Positions 34,849-45,835 of a stretch of DNA of 64,000 bases are shown one piece after another. A program made the position numbers and the translations under genes. The stretch lies in contig OX597819.1 in assembly GCA_951406725.2 (NCBI GenBank), positions 134,106,001 through 134,170,000 of the forward strand. The letters are read 5' to 3'. The stretch's first letter is position 1, and every line of letters begins with the position of its first letter. Under the pieces are notes generated by a model that worked only from the letters and a program-made list of their open reading frames with translations, did no database searches and had not been told where the DNA came from. This stretch comes from Octopus vulgaris (taxonomy: Eukaryota).

Positions 34849-35201
34849 ATATATATATATATAAGTATATATATATGTGTGTGTATATATACGTATATAT
34901 ATGTTTACGTGTGTATATGTATGTGTTTACGTGTGTATATGTATGTACATACGTGTGTATATGTATATATATATATATCTATGTATATGTATGTATATAC
35001 GTGTGTATATGTATATATATATATCTATGTATATGTATGTATATACGTGTATATATATGTGTGTGTATATGTGTGTGTGTATGTATGTATGTGTATGTAT
35101 GTCTGTGTGTATGCATGTATGTATGTGTGTATGTGTGTGTGTGTATGTATGCATGCATGTATGTATGGATGTGTGCATGTGTATGTGTATGTGCGTGTGT
35201 A
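34849..35201. repeat. Compound TA/TG/TATG microsatellite
   Basis: Directly visible. Confidence 0.9.
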
Positions 35202-35399
35202 AATGATGGACTTCTATATAGCTTTTTTCAATCAAATACATTTACAAGGCACTGATCGGCCCTGGTCCATAATAAAATCCACTTGATCAAAATACTGCGC
35301 AGTAGAACTGAACCTGAATTCAGGCGATTGCGAAGCGTACTTCTTAACCATGCCAACGTCTTGAGATTTTACACTACAAGGTACTTAATGTATTTGAGG

Positions 35400-36155
35400 A
35401 TATACCTTTTGGGGGTCATTGCCTCATTTTTGCTAACTCTGTACATTCTTTGTTTCAGAAAATAATAATGGCAGACCCTTAGCTTACACAAGAAATGAAG
35501 AGGCATGCTGTTCTTGTGGTTATAAAGGCTGAGCATAGATATTTAGAAATATATCGATTTTTAAAAGTTGCCAGACCTTTTCGTTTCCAAAGTTGGTAAG
35601 GAGCTAGAGACTGAAGATGGAAACGTATCACCAGTATCAAAGCATAAAAAAACATTTTAAACGTTCTGAAATCAGTACAACACATGAATTTATCCAACAA
35701 TTTCAACAGACCATTGATTACAATCCCAGAAAGTCCATGAGGCCAAATGCAAAAGATCTCCATGTGTCAGAAAGAACAGTCAGAAATGCTATCCATGAAG
35801 ACGTCAGCTATATCTTATATGGTAAGCTGAAAAATCCAGCAGAAGATTTGATTTTGTTTTTCTCAAACAAGAAAAACGTCAACCAAGATCAAAAAGTTAA
35901 CTGAAAAAATGACAGATGGTTATGTGCAGACTCTTCTGAAGTTCCAAGTGTTATGCATACAAAATTTCCTGCAACTGCCTTGGTTTTAGGGGTTGTCAGC
36001 AATGGACATGTGATGCCTCCTTCTTTCCACAAGGCCTTAGAGTTAACTCTGCCGCCTACATTGAGGTCCTGGAAATAATTGTTAAGCCCTGGATAGACAG
36101 TGTATGCAGTGGAAGGCCGTATGTGTTCCAGTAAGACTCTGCACTATCACACTAT
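35400..36155 (+). mobile_element. Tc1/mariner DD37D (maT-like) transposase remnant
   Basis: EMKRHAV.., NPRKSMR..AKDLHVSERTVRN, FFSNKKN.NQDQKVN*KNDRWL, TKFPA..VLGVVS, YIEVLE..VKPWI, YVFQ*DSA.SH. Confidence 0.8.
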
Positions 36156-37289
36156 CATAAATATAAATCTGTCCTCAAATATCTTCCGCACCCTGTATTT
36201 TCAAAATCAGGTTATTCTAAAATATCGAATGTTTTACGGCAACAGGAATTTGTTACTAATACAGAGGTTAAGGTTAGGAACAGATTGCAATTGGGCTGAA
36301 GAAGACAAGATGAAATAAGTCAGCGACGAAAAGACCAAAACCTCCTCGATATTCCAATAACTCCATTTGGAAGATTTAATCATCATCGAATATTACTAGA
36401 CTTAATTCCTTATCGAATAAAACTTCATTCTTTTACATTCGTGGTTCAAATTCTGATCGTATCAATATTATTTTTAAATCATTTGTATTGGATTATATCG
36501 TTATAATTTGCTGAGTAATAAGTACTCTGCGATTTAACAGGTCAAATCTACTCGCTTTCATACTAAGTGTACTCAAAATGTATCGATCTTAGCCCAAAAT
36601 CCATCAATCGAACAGTGCATTATTAACAAACTGATGTGGTAACACTTGGCATTTGACAAGCATTCAAACTAAGCAGTCTCTATTTTTATATTTTATTTGT
36701 TGCAAACTCTTAACTATTTTACTCTATAAAATGAAGTCGCTATTTTGTTACAATTTTTTTTTTTAGATTTTACTAAAACCTTGTTTTAATTCTATCAACC
36801 AAAGAATGTGCTTTTTTCATGGTACGATTTACGAATTTATAAAAGCAACTTATGAAAATATTTTATGAGAGAAATTAAATTCTCTGGCACTAATAGGTTT
36901 TTCGGGGATATTAACGACATAGATATGTGAAATTGTTTTTAGCTTTTTTGCTGGTTTTTTTTTGGTTATATGTTTGTTTTCTGTTGTTTTTTGACGAGAA
37001 ACAAAATAAAGCCGCCATCTTAAATATCTTGAAATGTAGTGTCAGCAACAGTATTCTAGAGGTTGAAATTTCAAGTGTTTAACCTGAAACTTAATTTTTG
37101 CCACAAATTACTTTTCATTTTCTATCACATTCCTTTTGTGTCTGTATATATGTCATCGAAATGCTAAATTACGGGACCGTAAACAAACGCCGTGAGACAG
37201 ACACAAAGATATACACAAACATATTTGTATGTGTGTGTGATGTAATATATATATATATATATATATATAGGGTGGTCTCTATACAGCTT

Positions 37290-37402
37290 ATGTGAATCAA
37301 ATTCGCTCATAAGGCATTGGTCGACCCGGGGTTATAGACCAAGATGCCACGTAGTGGGATTGAACTGGAAGCTACATAACTGGGCAACAAACTTCTAAAT
37401 TG
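37290..37402 (-). mobile_element. Family-A SINE 5' head fragment
   Basis: Reverse complement GGCGCAGGCATGGCTGT..AGTTCAATCCCACTAC..CCGGGTCGACCAATGCCTTATGAG. Confidence 0.7.
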
Positions 37403-37675
37403 TACAGCCATGCCTGCGCCATTTACACTTAACACTATTTCAAGAATGACACCCTAAGCTGTCATTTCGTTGATAGCAACCTGGATATTCAAACCCGAGA
37501 GGTGTGTTTATCAGGGATACAATATGGCAACTATCATATAATGTCGTTCGTCAACAGAACTTAATGTTTTGTGTCAGAAATTTCTCTTGTCTGAGCAAAA
37601 ATTCAAATTCTGGTAAACTAGCGATACAGTTTACTTAATGTAATTGATATAGTATTGTTGTTGTTGTTGTTTAGA

Positions 37676-37885
37676 CGGCAAGCCGACCGAATCGTGGCCG
37701 GGTCGGACAAAATGCTTTGCGGTATTTTTCGCCTTTACGCTCCAAGTTCAAGTTCCATCGAGGTCAACTTTACGTTTCATCCTGTTGAGTCGATGAATTA
37801 AATACCAGCTAAGCACTGGGGTCTATGTAATCGACTCATTCCCACCTCCCACAAGCTGCCCTTATGGCAAAAATTTGAAATAATT
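37676..37885 (+). mobile_element. Family-B SINE (old)
   Basis: GTTCAAGTTCC..GAGGTCAACTTT..TTTCATCC..TACCAG..CACTGGGGTC. Confidence 0.75.
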
Positions 37886-38214
37886 ATTTTATTGAGCAAT
37901 GAATTCAGCAGTTGTGACTGTGTTTAATTCCCTGTCAACTCTTATCGAAGAGCTTTAGAATCAAAAACGTTCCAGCAATAATCAAAATGTTGACTACGTT
38001 ATTCTACGTTTCCCTCCGTTTTTAAGCAATTTGATAGAGATTTGACTGTTATTCCTAACATTTCAAACAACGACGTAGAAGCTCAGTCCTGTCGTCGGTA
38101 TTTCAAAATGTTTAAAAACCTAATAATTTTCTTTTATCGCTCTTTTTGGCCATTGGAATGTAGCCATGCTGGGGGAAGCCTTTTCAAGGAGTTTAATACA
38201 CATTTCAATTTGCG

Positions 38215-38500
38215 TACACCTTTCAATCCAATATTTCTTTGCAAACTGTTCTTTGTGCAAGTTCTCCCTCTTCTTTTCCCTTTATGTCAGTGTTGATAAC
38301 TTTATAACTCTCACATCAGATAATTTGCGAGCCCTTGAGAATGCAACATATAGCTGACCGTGGCCGAATACAGGTTCAGGCAAGAACAGCCCCACTTTAT
38401 CAAATGTCTGCCCTTGTGATTTATTGATAGTCATTGTATATGACAGGCAAACATGAAACTGGTTTCTTTCTAAAGTGAATGGCAAGTTTTGGATACGCAT
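38215..38500 (-). pseudogene. Helitron Pif1 helicase C-terminal fragment
   Basis: RNQFHVCLSYTMTINKSQGQTFDKVGLFLPEPVFGHGQLYVAFSRAR. Confidence 0.88.
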
Positions 38501-38904
38501 GCGCTCTGATAAGTGATATAAAACACTTCAATTAATAAAAATTATTTTTCACTATGCACTCACCATCGCCACCATCACCACCATCATCTCTCTCTCTCTC
38601 TCCTTTTCTCTCTCTTTCAATCTTTTTTCTTTCTCTCCCTCTCTACCTTTCTTTAGTCTCGCCATCAGAACATCACTCCTCTGCTAAAATTATATTCTTA
38701 ATTATCCTCTATATCACTGCCTTCAACTAACTTTTTTTAACCACGTAATAAATATTATGTTCCGCCTTATGGATGCTTCTCTCTCCATCTTTTTCTCTCT
38801 CCCGCTTTTCTTTCTCCCTCTTTTTCTCTAATAACGGGAAAACGTTACCGACCAGCTAATTAATGAAATGACATGCAGAATTATTATAAGATTATTATTA
38901 TCTA

Positions 38905-39110
38905 AGACGGCGATTTGGTAAAACCGTTAGCACACCAGGCGAAATACCGCTACGTTCTGAGTTCAAATTCTGACAAGGTCGACTTTGCCTTTCATACTTT
39001 CGAGGTTGATAATTCAAGTACCAGTGAAACACTGGGGGTCTATGTAATCGACTGAAACCCTTCCCCAAAAATTTCAGGCTTTGTGCCTATAGTAGAAAGG
39101 ATTATTATCA
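38905..39110 (+). mobile_element. Family-B SINE
   Basis: GAGTTCAAATTC..GGTCGACTTTGCCTTTCAT..AGTACCAG..GTGCCTATAGTAGAAAGGATTATT. Confidence 0.85.
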
Positions 39111-40490
39111 TCTGACATAGATTGTTGCTGCAGATGTCATTAATGTATCAGCTGTTCACTTCCTGTGAACTAAGGAATTATGTTTCGTCCAATCTCGAAG
39201 ACTTTGCTCCAGGACAACGGATGTGTAGGATCAGGCTCAATTTCTCTTCATAGTCTACCAACACAATGTCGAGTTTTCAAACTTCAATTTTCGTGATCCC
39301 CTTCAATCATGACATTTCAAAGCGTCTTTGCTCTGTTATTTTCTGCCACACCATTTATCTCACGCTCATACCATTTTCTCACATTTTCAAACCCAAACTT
39401 TTTACATAGTTCTCAGTGAATCACTCTAGCAACATTGCCTTGCCTTCTTTTATATTTTCTCTGGGCCAATGTTTTGCGTTTGCTTAAAATATGTCACACA
39501 GTCTCTAGTATCACCACACGTTCTGCATTTGTCAGATTCTGTAGAATAGTTAATTCTGTAATACCGGTTCGTTTTTATTGTTTGTTCCTGTGCATATCAA
39601 AGCCTCTGTTTCGTGTCGCTTCTTGTAACCACTCCCATCTATTACTCGTATGATCTGAATTAAAATGCCACTGATGTCAACTTTGCCATTAAAGTATCAG
39701 TCATGTACTGGGGTCAACTTCATAAGATAAGCATCTTTCCTCAAAAACACAAGGTTTGAGCCTAAACCTTTTTTTAAATATTGAAGTCAGTAATTCGCTG
39801 TGGATGTTTCATGAGATCGAAACATGTCACGTCTCACACTTCATAAAAAGGTTGAAATATTATTCAGTCGAGTTAATCTGTATTTCCAACACATATTTCT
39901 AGTTAAACATTTGTTATGCTCTGAATCAAATATTTTCATGCCATTTAACTTTCGATTGTCTCAGACTAATTAAATACACGTTGTCTCCGCCTCCGATACT
40001 CTCATCTCTGATTCTTTCGACAACTTCCGATATAGACTTTGATAATAAATATAAGAACTACTATATTCCTTCCACCAGGGTTTTGCCGTTCTAATTATAC
40101 CAACAGCTTCAATGCTATCACTACCAATATTTAAGCAGAAACTTTGAATCAATTTAGTACCAGTATTGCTGTCATTCCAAATGTTTGATTTTGTACATAA
40201 TGTAATGTATGAGGATAATTTCCTTTTACGAACTGACGCTATAATTTTTGGATATTCTATAGAACACACGATTCCGCCAGTGTGTGAAAGAGCGAGAGTC
40301 TCGACAAAACTGCTCTACTAAACTCTTCCAAAGCTGTTTATAAGTCTTTTGCGATTTACTTTGTACTTCCTTTCAAGTTTTAACTATTTTCTTACAGGTT
40401 TAACTTCCGTTTTATTTACTTTGATGATTATATTTGTTTAGACAAATCTTTTGTGTTATTTTCGAACCTCTTTTCTTCGGCTTTCATTCA

Positions 40491-40502
40491 GCTCTCTCTC
40501 CC

Positions 40503-40543
<41 letters not shown>

Positions 40544-40556
40544 CTCTCTCTCTCAT
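40491..40556. repeat. (CT)n microsatellite
   Basis: Directly visible. Confidence 0.9.
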
Positions 40557-40879
40557 TCTCAGTTTTGACTAACATAATCTTCACATCCATTAATTAAGTT
40601 ATTTGTTTCTCTAATCTCAGTTTTAATTTTACGTAATACTCTTTTACCTTACCTTGCGATTCCGTTCAATCAGATTCTGTCTACTTTTATGATTTTCACC
40701 TCCGAATTCCTCTTTGTTCAACATAAGCGTTTGTATTGTTAATAGTTCAGTTTGTTTGTCTCTCAATTAATCTGCAAATTTAATTAGTGTTTGCTTCTCA
40801 GGAATATTTTCTCTTCTATTAAAGATTTGTTACCAATTTTCTGATATTGAATTCATCTGTTCCAATATGCCCTTTATTA

Positions 40880-40921
<42 letters not shown>

Positions 40922-41041
40922 TAGTTTTATTTTTATAGCATGCTTTCACTTCACTACCGAGCGCAGCTCTGTGTGCCTTGGGTATGTGCTGTGGTTTGTT
41001 GTGATGCTCTGATGGTTACTGTATTGAAAGCGTTTTTATTA

Positions 41042-41075
<34 letters not shown>

Positions 41076-41092
41076 CAGTAGTAGTAGTAGTA

Positions 41093-41687
41093 AGGCAGCG
41101 GGTTGGTAGAATCATTAGCACGTTGAGCATTTCGTCCGTCTTTACGTTCTAAGTTGAAATTCCGCCGAGGTCGACTTTGCATTTCATCCTTTCGGGGTTA
41201 ATAATCGAAGTAGCAGTGAGACTCTGGCATCGATGTAATCGCCTTGTCCTCTCCCCAAAATGTCAGGTCTTGTGTAGATCGGATCATTTGAAGGCGGCGA
41301 GCTGGCTGAACCATTAGCACGCCGGACAAAATGCTTAACGGCATTTCGTCCGTTTTTACGTTCTGGGGTCGACTTTGCCATTCATCCTTTCGGGGTCGAT
41401 AAATTAAGTATGATCGACTATTTTCCTCCACACAAATTTCAGGTTTTGTGCCTTTATGGGAAAGAATTATTGCTGTTGTTTCGGTGGCCAACCGGCAGAA
41501 CCGTTGGCACCGTGCAAAATGTATAGCGGCAATCGTCCGTGTTTGCGTTTTGAGTTCAGATTCCATTAAAGTCATCTTTGTTTTTCATCCTTTCGGAGTT
41601 GATAAATTACCAGTCAGGTCCAAGGGTCGTTGAAATCGACTATTCCCTTCGCCAAAATTCCAGATTTTGTTCCTACAATAGAAAGGA
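41093..41687 (+). mobile_element. Three head-to-tail family-B SINEs (about 41093, 41292 and 41485)
   Basis: Three repeats of head, TTCATCCTTTCGG core and tail, following an (ATT)n(AGT)n tract. Confidence 0.85.
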
Positions 41688-43128
41688 TCTATATATTTAT
41701 ACGCTTGCACCGTCTGTGTTTGTCTTGCTAAGGGAGATAAGTCAGGTTTAGATTCGTGTTATTACCTTTGGCTCCTGGCCTGGCGTTGCTACAACACTCT
41801 TGAAAAGAGGTAAAACTCTTCACAGTATATTCAAGCTTCCAGTTCTTTTGGGTGAAACAAGTGTGTGCAATGTTCCACCAAATTCTGATCAAGGAAACAT
41901 TCTTAGGCGAGTAAAAGTCTTCATTATTGACGAAGCTTCAATGATCCCAGTTTATGCTTTAGAAGCTGTAGACAATTGTTTAAGAGATATTATGAAAATA
42001 GTAAAAGTATATTTGGTGGGAAAATTATCGTACTAGGAAGATATTTTAGATAAGTTGTTCCAGTTTTTCCCAGAGCTCCTCCTGCCTGCCTCAAACGTTC
42101 CTCTATGTGGGATAATTTTCATCAAATGCAACTTAGGCAAAACATGAGAACAAATGCAAATGAAGATTTTTCGAGGTGGCTATTACAACGTGGAAGTAGA
42201 ATTCTTCAAAGCTCTATTGATAATCTCGCAGAAGATACTATTGGTATTCCTGAGGCATGCATATGTAACTATTCTTTGGTATCTGATATATTTGACAATT
42301 GTACAGCAGAAGAAATGGAAAATAGAATAATCTTATCCCCTAAAAATTCGCACTGCTTAGCAGTAAATGAAGAAATTCTAAGTGGATTGGCCCCTGAAAC
42401 TAAGACATATCTAAGCACCGTCTCAGAAACTTCTGATAATGAAGAAGCAACCCAGAATTGTCCCATGGAGTTTATAAACTCTCTTACACCTTCTAGAATG
42501 CCTCCCCCATCGCCTTAACTTGAAACTTGGAGCAATTATTATGCTTCTTAGAAACCTCTCTATAACACAAGGTCTATCAACGGAACTCAGCTCCACGAGA
42601 TAGCATCGAAGCATCAAATATAAGTGGATCCCATTCTCACACGAGAGAACTGATTCCAAGAATTAAACTAACTCCAAGCGATGCAAACATCCCATTCGTT
42701 CTTCATCGGACCCAGTTCCCGGTTTGTCTATCTTATTCTATGACTATCAATAAAGCACAGGGGCAAACATTCGATAGAGTTGGAATACACTTGCCACAGC
42801 CATCCTTCACTCATGGTCAGCTTTACGTAGCTTTTCCAAGAGCAAGGGCGATGAACAGCGTCAGGGTTAAAATGCCCTCAAAACGAATCCACTTTTGGTC
42901 GCAGAAGGGGAACCCCCTACACTAGAAACATTGTACATCGGGAAGGGCTGTAACGAGTGTATTTCACACAATAACTTTTTATATACTTATATTATTAATA
43001 AATATAACAAAGGATAATAGAATTTTTCATTAACCAAAATAGTGCAAATTAAACAATTCTAATTAAATGATAGCTATTCATTGGACGATATTTAAATTAT
43101 CCGTGAATTTTTCCACGGGTCCAATTAG
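41688..43128 (+). mobile_element. Internally deleted Helitron retaining both termini and a Pif1 helicase pseudogene
   Basis: A|TC start; GKTLHSIFKLP, IIDEASM, QNMR, ILSPKN, IMLLRNL, TINKAQGQT, HGQLYVA; 3' hairpin CCGTG..CACGG then TTAG|T. Removing it restores the SINE tail GAAAGGA|TTATTAT. Confidence 0.9.
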
Positions 43129-43643
43129 TTATTATAATTATTATAAGTAGTTTGATGAAGACATCTGCAGCTTATTTTCTGACGTCACAAAACGTTTTAT
43201 GATTCTAGAAACCCTGAATACAAATATCTAAAGTTAACTCATACTTAGAGAAGAAATCGTTTTGTTATGATTTTCTTTCATTAAACATAATTCAACAGTT
43301 CTTATCACCCTTTCTTAAGTCACGAGTTCAATTCCCAGAGTTTCAATTAAAATGATAAAAATTATTAATGTAAAGAGGGACCGTATCGTCAAACTTTTGA
43401 TACAAACGTGAAAAATGTTCAATTTCGCTTACCGTTTCCAATTTTCTCGAGTTTCGACACACTTTGTTTTCCATGCTAATTGCGGACTTCGTGCTAATTA
43501 CATTTTGAGATAATTAAAAAGTTACTTAATTTTTAATGATTTGAATTTTTTATAAGTTTAACCAATCATCTTTATCCATTCTTGACATCCTGTCTAGCAG
43601 ACATTTTTTATGTCCTCATAGCAACCAGTTGAAACCATCTTGT

Positions 43644-43708
43644 GGTTAGGGTTGAGGTTAGAGTTCGAGGTTAGGATTTAGGGTTACGGATTATGGTTGA
43701 GGGTTAGA
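43644..43708 (+). repeat. Degenerate (TTAGGG)n-like tract
   Basis: GGTTAGGGTTGAGGTTAGAGTTCGAGGTTAGGATTTAGGGTTAC..GAGGGTTAG. Confidence 0.6.
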
Positions 43709-44719
43709 ATTTGTGACGCAAATTTTTATTGCATACGTTATTTTTTCTTTCATCTCTAATTTATTTAGGCAAAAGCAGAAACTATGCTTTTAAATTTGCC
43801 GAGTATAAATCATAAATAATAAAGCGAGTAGTTATTGCCTTAAATACAGTTACGGTTAGAAAACATTCTAACATATTGTATCATATTTTGAGAAAAATCC
43901 ACGTTTTTACCATCAAAATCTTTGTAATTTTCATTAAATTTTTCCAAAACAAAGTTGCAATTTGTTGTAATTGACGTAATCACATTTTGAGAAAAAAAAA
44001 GTTAAACACAAAATCATATATCGCTTTCCATGATATTGAAGAACATGAATGGATATGACTGACTGAAAATTAGCCAATAATTTCTGAAAATAATGGCTGC
44101 GATTTTTGTAATTCGCATAAAAATCAGAGTAGAAATTATCAATAAAATCATACGAGGCTTTTAAAACTAAAAAGATAGTTTATACCATCTCAGTAAAACA
44201 TATTCAATGACAGATTTGATAAATCACTGGAGAGAGAAAGAAACCTAGGTAAATGCATAGCTTATAGAATGTTGGTGGGTAAAACCGAAAGCAATATAAA
44301 GAGCGAGGGGGGTCCCTGCGTCCATAAAGAAAATCAAATAGTAAAGCGCTTACATTGAATGTGATAAGTTCATTAACATTAATTACTCGAAGCTTCAACT
44401 GAAGAGGAATAAACATTGTTGAAGAACACACCAAATACAAGTGTCACAGCTCTAATTTTATAGATCGAGGCATATCGTCAATGATAGCTTTTGGAAGTTT
44501 TTCCACTATTTTACGGTAAAACTTATCTCGTGCTTACTTTTAGACTTTGCGCGATGATTCATAGAATGCTTCCTGACACATGTCCTACATAATGCAATAA
44601 CTACTCGTTTCATCTTTGTGGTTTATGTTTGAGAAATTTCAAAACCCTGTTTCTGCTTTTAGACGAGAACCAAGAAAAGGCTTTTCTGCCTTCCACATCT
44701 GCCAGGAATCCAGTTTTCT

Positions 44720-45290
44720 AAAATCACAGATCCGGTCGCCCCTCAAACGTTTCACAGATTCGGTTACCCCTCAAACGCTCCACAGATCCGGTCGCCCCTC
44801 AAACGCTTCAAAACGTCGCAGAATTCTCGGTTGACGGTTTGGCTCTGGGAGATGAATTTTCAATGCACAACACGGCAGATGTAGAGAAAAATGATGCGCA
44901 TGCTTTTGATTGATGCTCTGTCGTGTCTTCTTCGGTTATGGAGATGAAGGGCTCTTCCATTGTGATTGCTTCTGCTTCGTCTCAGGGTCACACACACACA
45001 CACACACCTAGACCTAACTCTCGTCACCAGTGATGATCTTCGACATGAATGATGGATCATTAGCGGCATGCTGACGGAGATCCCGATTTTCTTCGACACG
45101 ATTTTCTTTCTGCTCAGTAGTCAGCAGGTGGGCGAGAAACTTGACAGAGACACGCCGCAGGTTCAATTCAGACGTTAGAACCCATACGACAGACCAACAA
45201 CGTCAGCAATGGCCCATTTTCTCCACATTTCCGTGGGTGACTCTCTTGCCAGGTCTTCCAGATGTTCTTCCGCTTTCGAAACATTCATAT
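44720..45290 (-). mobile_element. mariner transposase remnant
   Basis: IADVVGLSYG..LNLRRVSVKFLAHLLTTEQK..KIITGDES..DPETKQKQSQWKSPSSP*PKK..QTVNREF..LKRLR..RPDLW. Confidence 0.85.
44726..44810. repeat. 28-bp tandem repeat, 3 copies, inside the mariner remnant
   Basis: CACAGATCCGGTCGCCCCTCAAACGTTT / CACAGATTCGGTTACCCCTCAAACGCTC / CACAGATCCGGTCGCCCCTCAAACGCTT. Confidence 0.9.
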
Positions 45291-45431
45291 TTCCAAAATT
45301 TATCTTCTCTGCTTCTTAATATATACTTTTTATTCTCTCCTACAACTTAATCGTGCAGTATTCAGGTTGTTCATATGCGTCTCATTCGTCCATGGATGCA
45401 AATATCTTTTGTCAATATTTTGGGTGGTTTA

Positions 45432-45835
45432 AGGCGGCGAGCTGGCCGAAACGTTTGCACGTCGAGCGAAATGCTTAGCGGTATTTCGTCTGCCGCTACG
45501 TTCTGAGTTCAAATTCCGCCGAGGTCGACTTTGCCTTTCATCCTTTCGGAGTCGATTAAATAAGTACCAGTTACGCACTGGAGTCGATATAATCGACTTA
45601 ATCTGTTTGTCTGGCCTTGTTTGTTCTCTCTGTGTTTAGTCCCTTGTGGGTAGTAAAGAAATAGGTATTTCATCTGTCTTTACGTTCTGAGTTCAGATTC
45701 CGCCGAAGTCGACTTTGCCTTTCATCCTTTCGGAGTCGATAAATTAAGTACCAGTTGCGTACTAGGGTCGATCTAATCGACTGGTCCCCTCCCCAAACAT
45801 TTTGGGCCTTTTGCCTAGAGTAGAAAAGAATATTT
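45432..45835 (+). mobile_element. Nested family-B SINEs: a Tx1-tailed copy joined to a second SINE body at GGTATTTC
   Basis: First unit ends AAAGAAATA (45663) and is followed by GGTATTTCATCTG..; GGTATTTC also occurs at 45480. Confidence 0.85.

Noticed and set aside
34875-35255. C/V/Y/M-rich ORFs
   Set aside because: Microsatellite artefact.
36290-36345. Additional hammerhead (CTGAAGA..GAAA..GTC)
   Set aside because: Stem I cannot be formed, so it was not counted.
41800-42925. Host PIF1 gene
   Set aside because: Intronless, full of stops and frameshifts, and bounded by Helitron termini.
44581-45344. Possible solo LTR (TG...CA ends, TCCTACA at both ends)
   Set aside because: No TSD, and the interior translates as mariner transposase.
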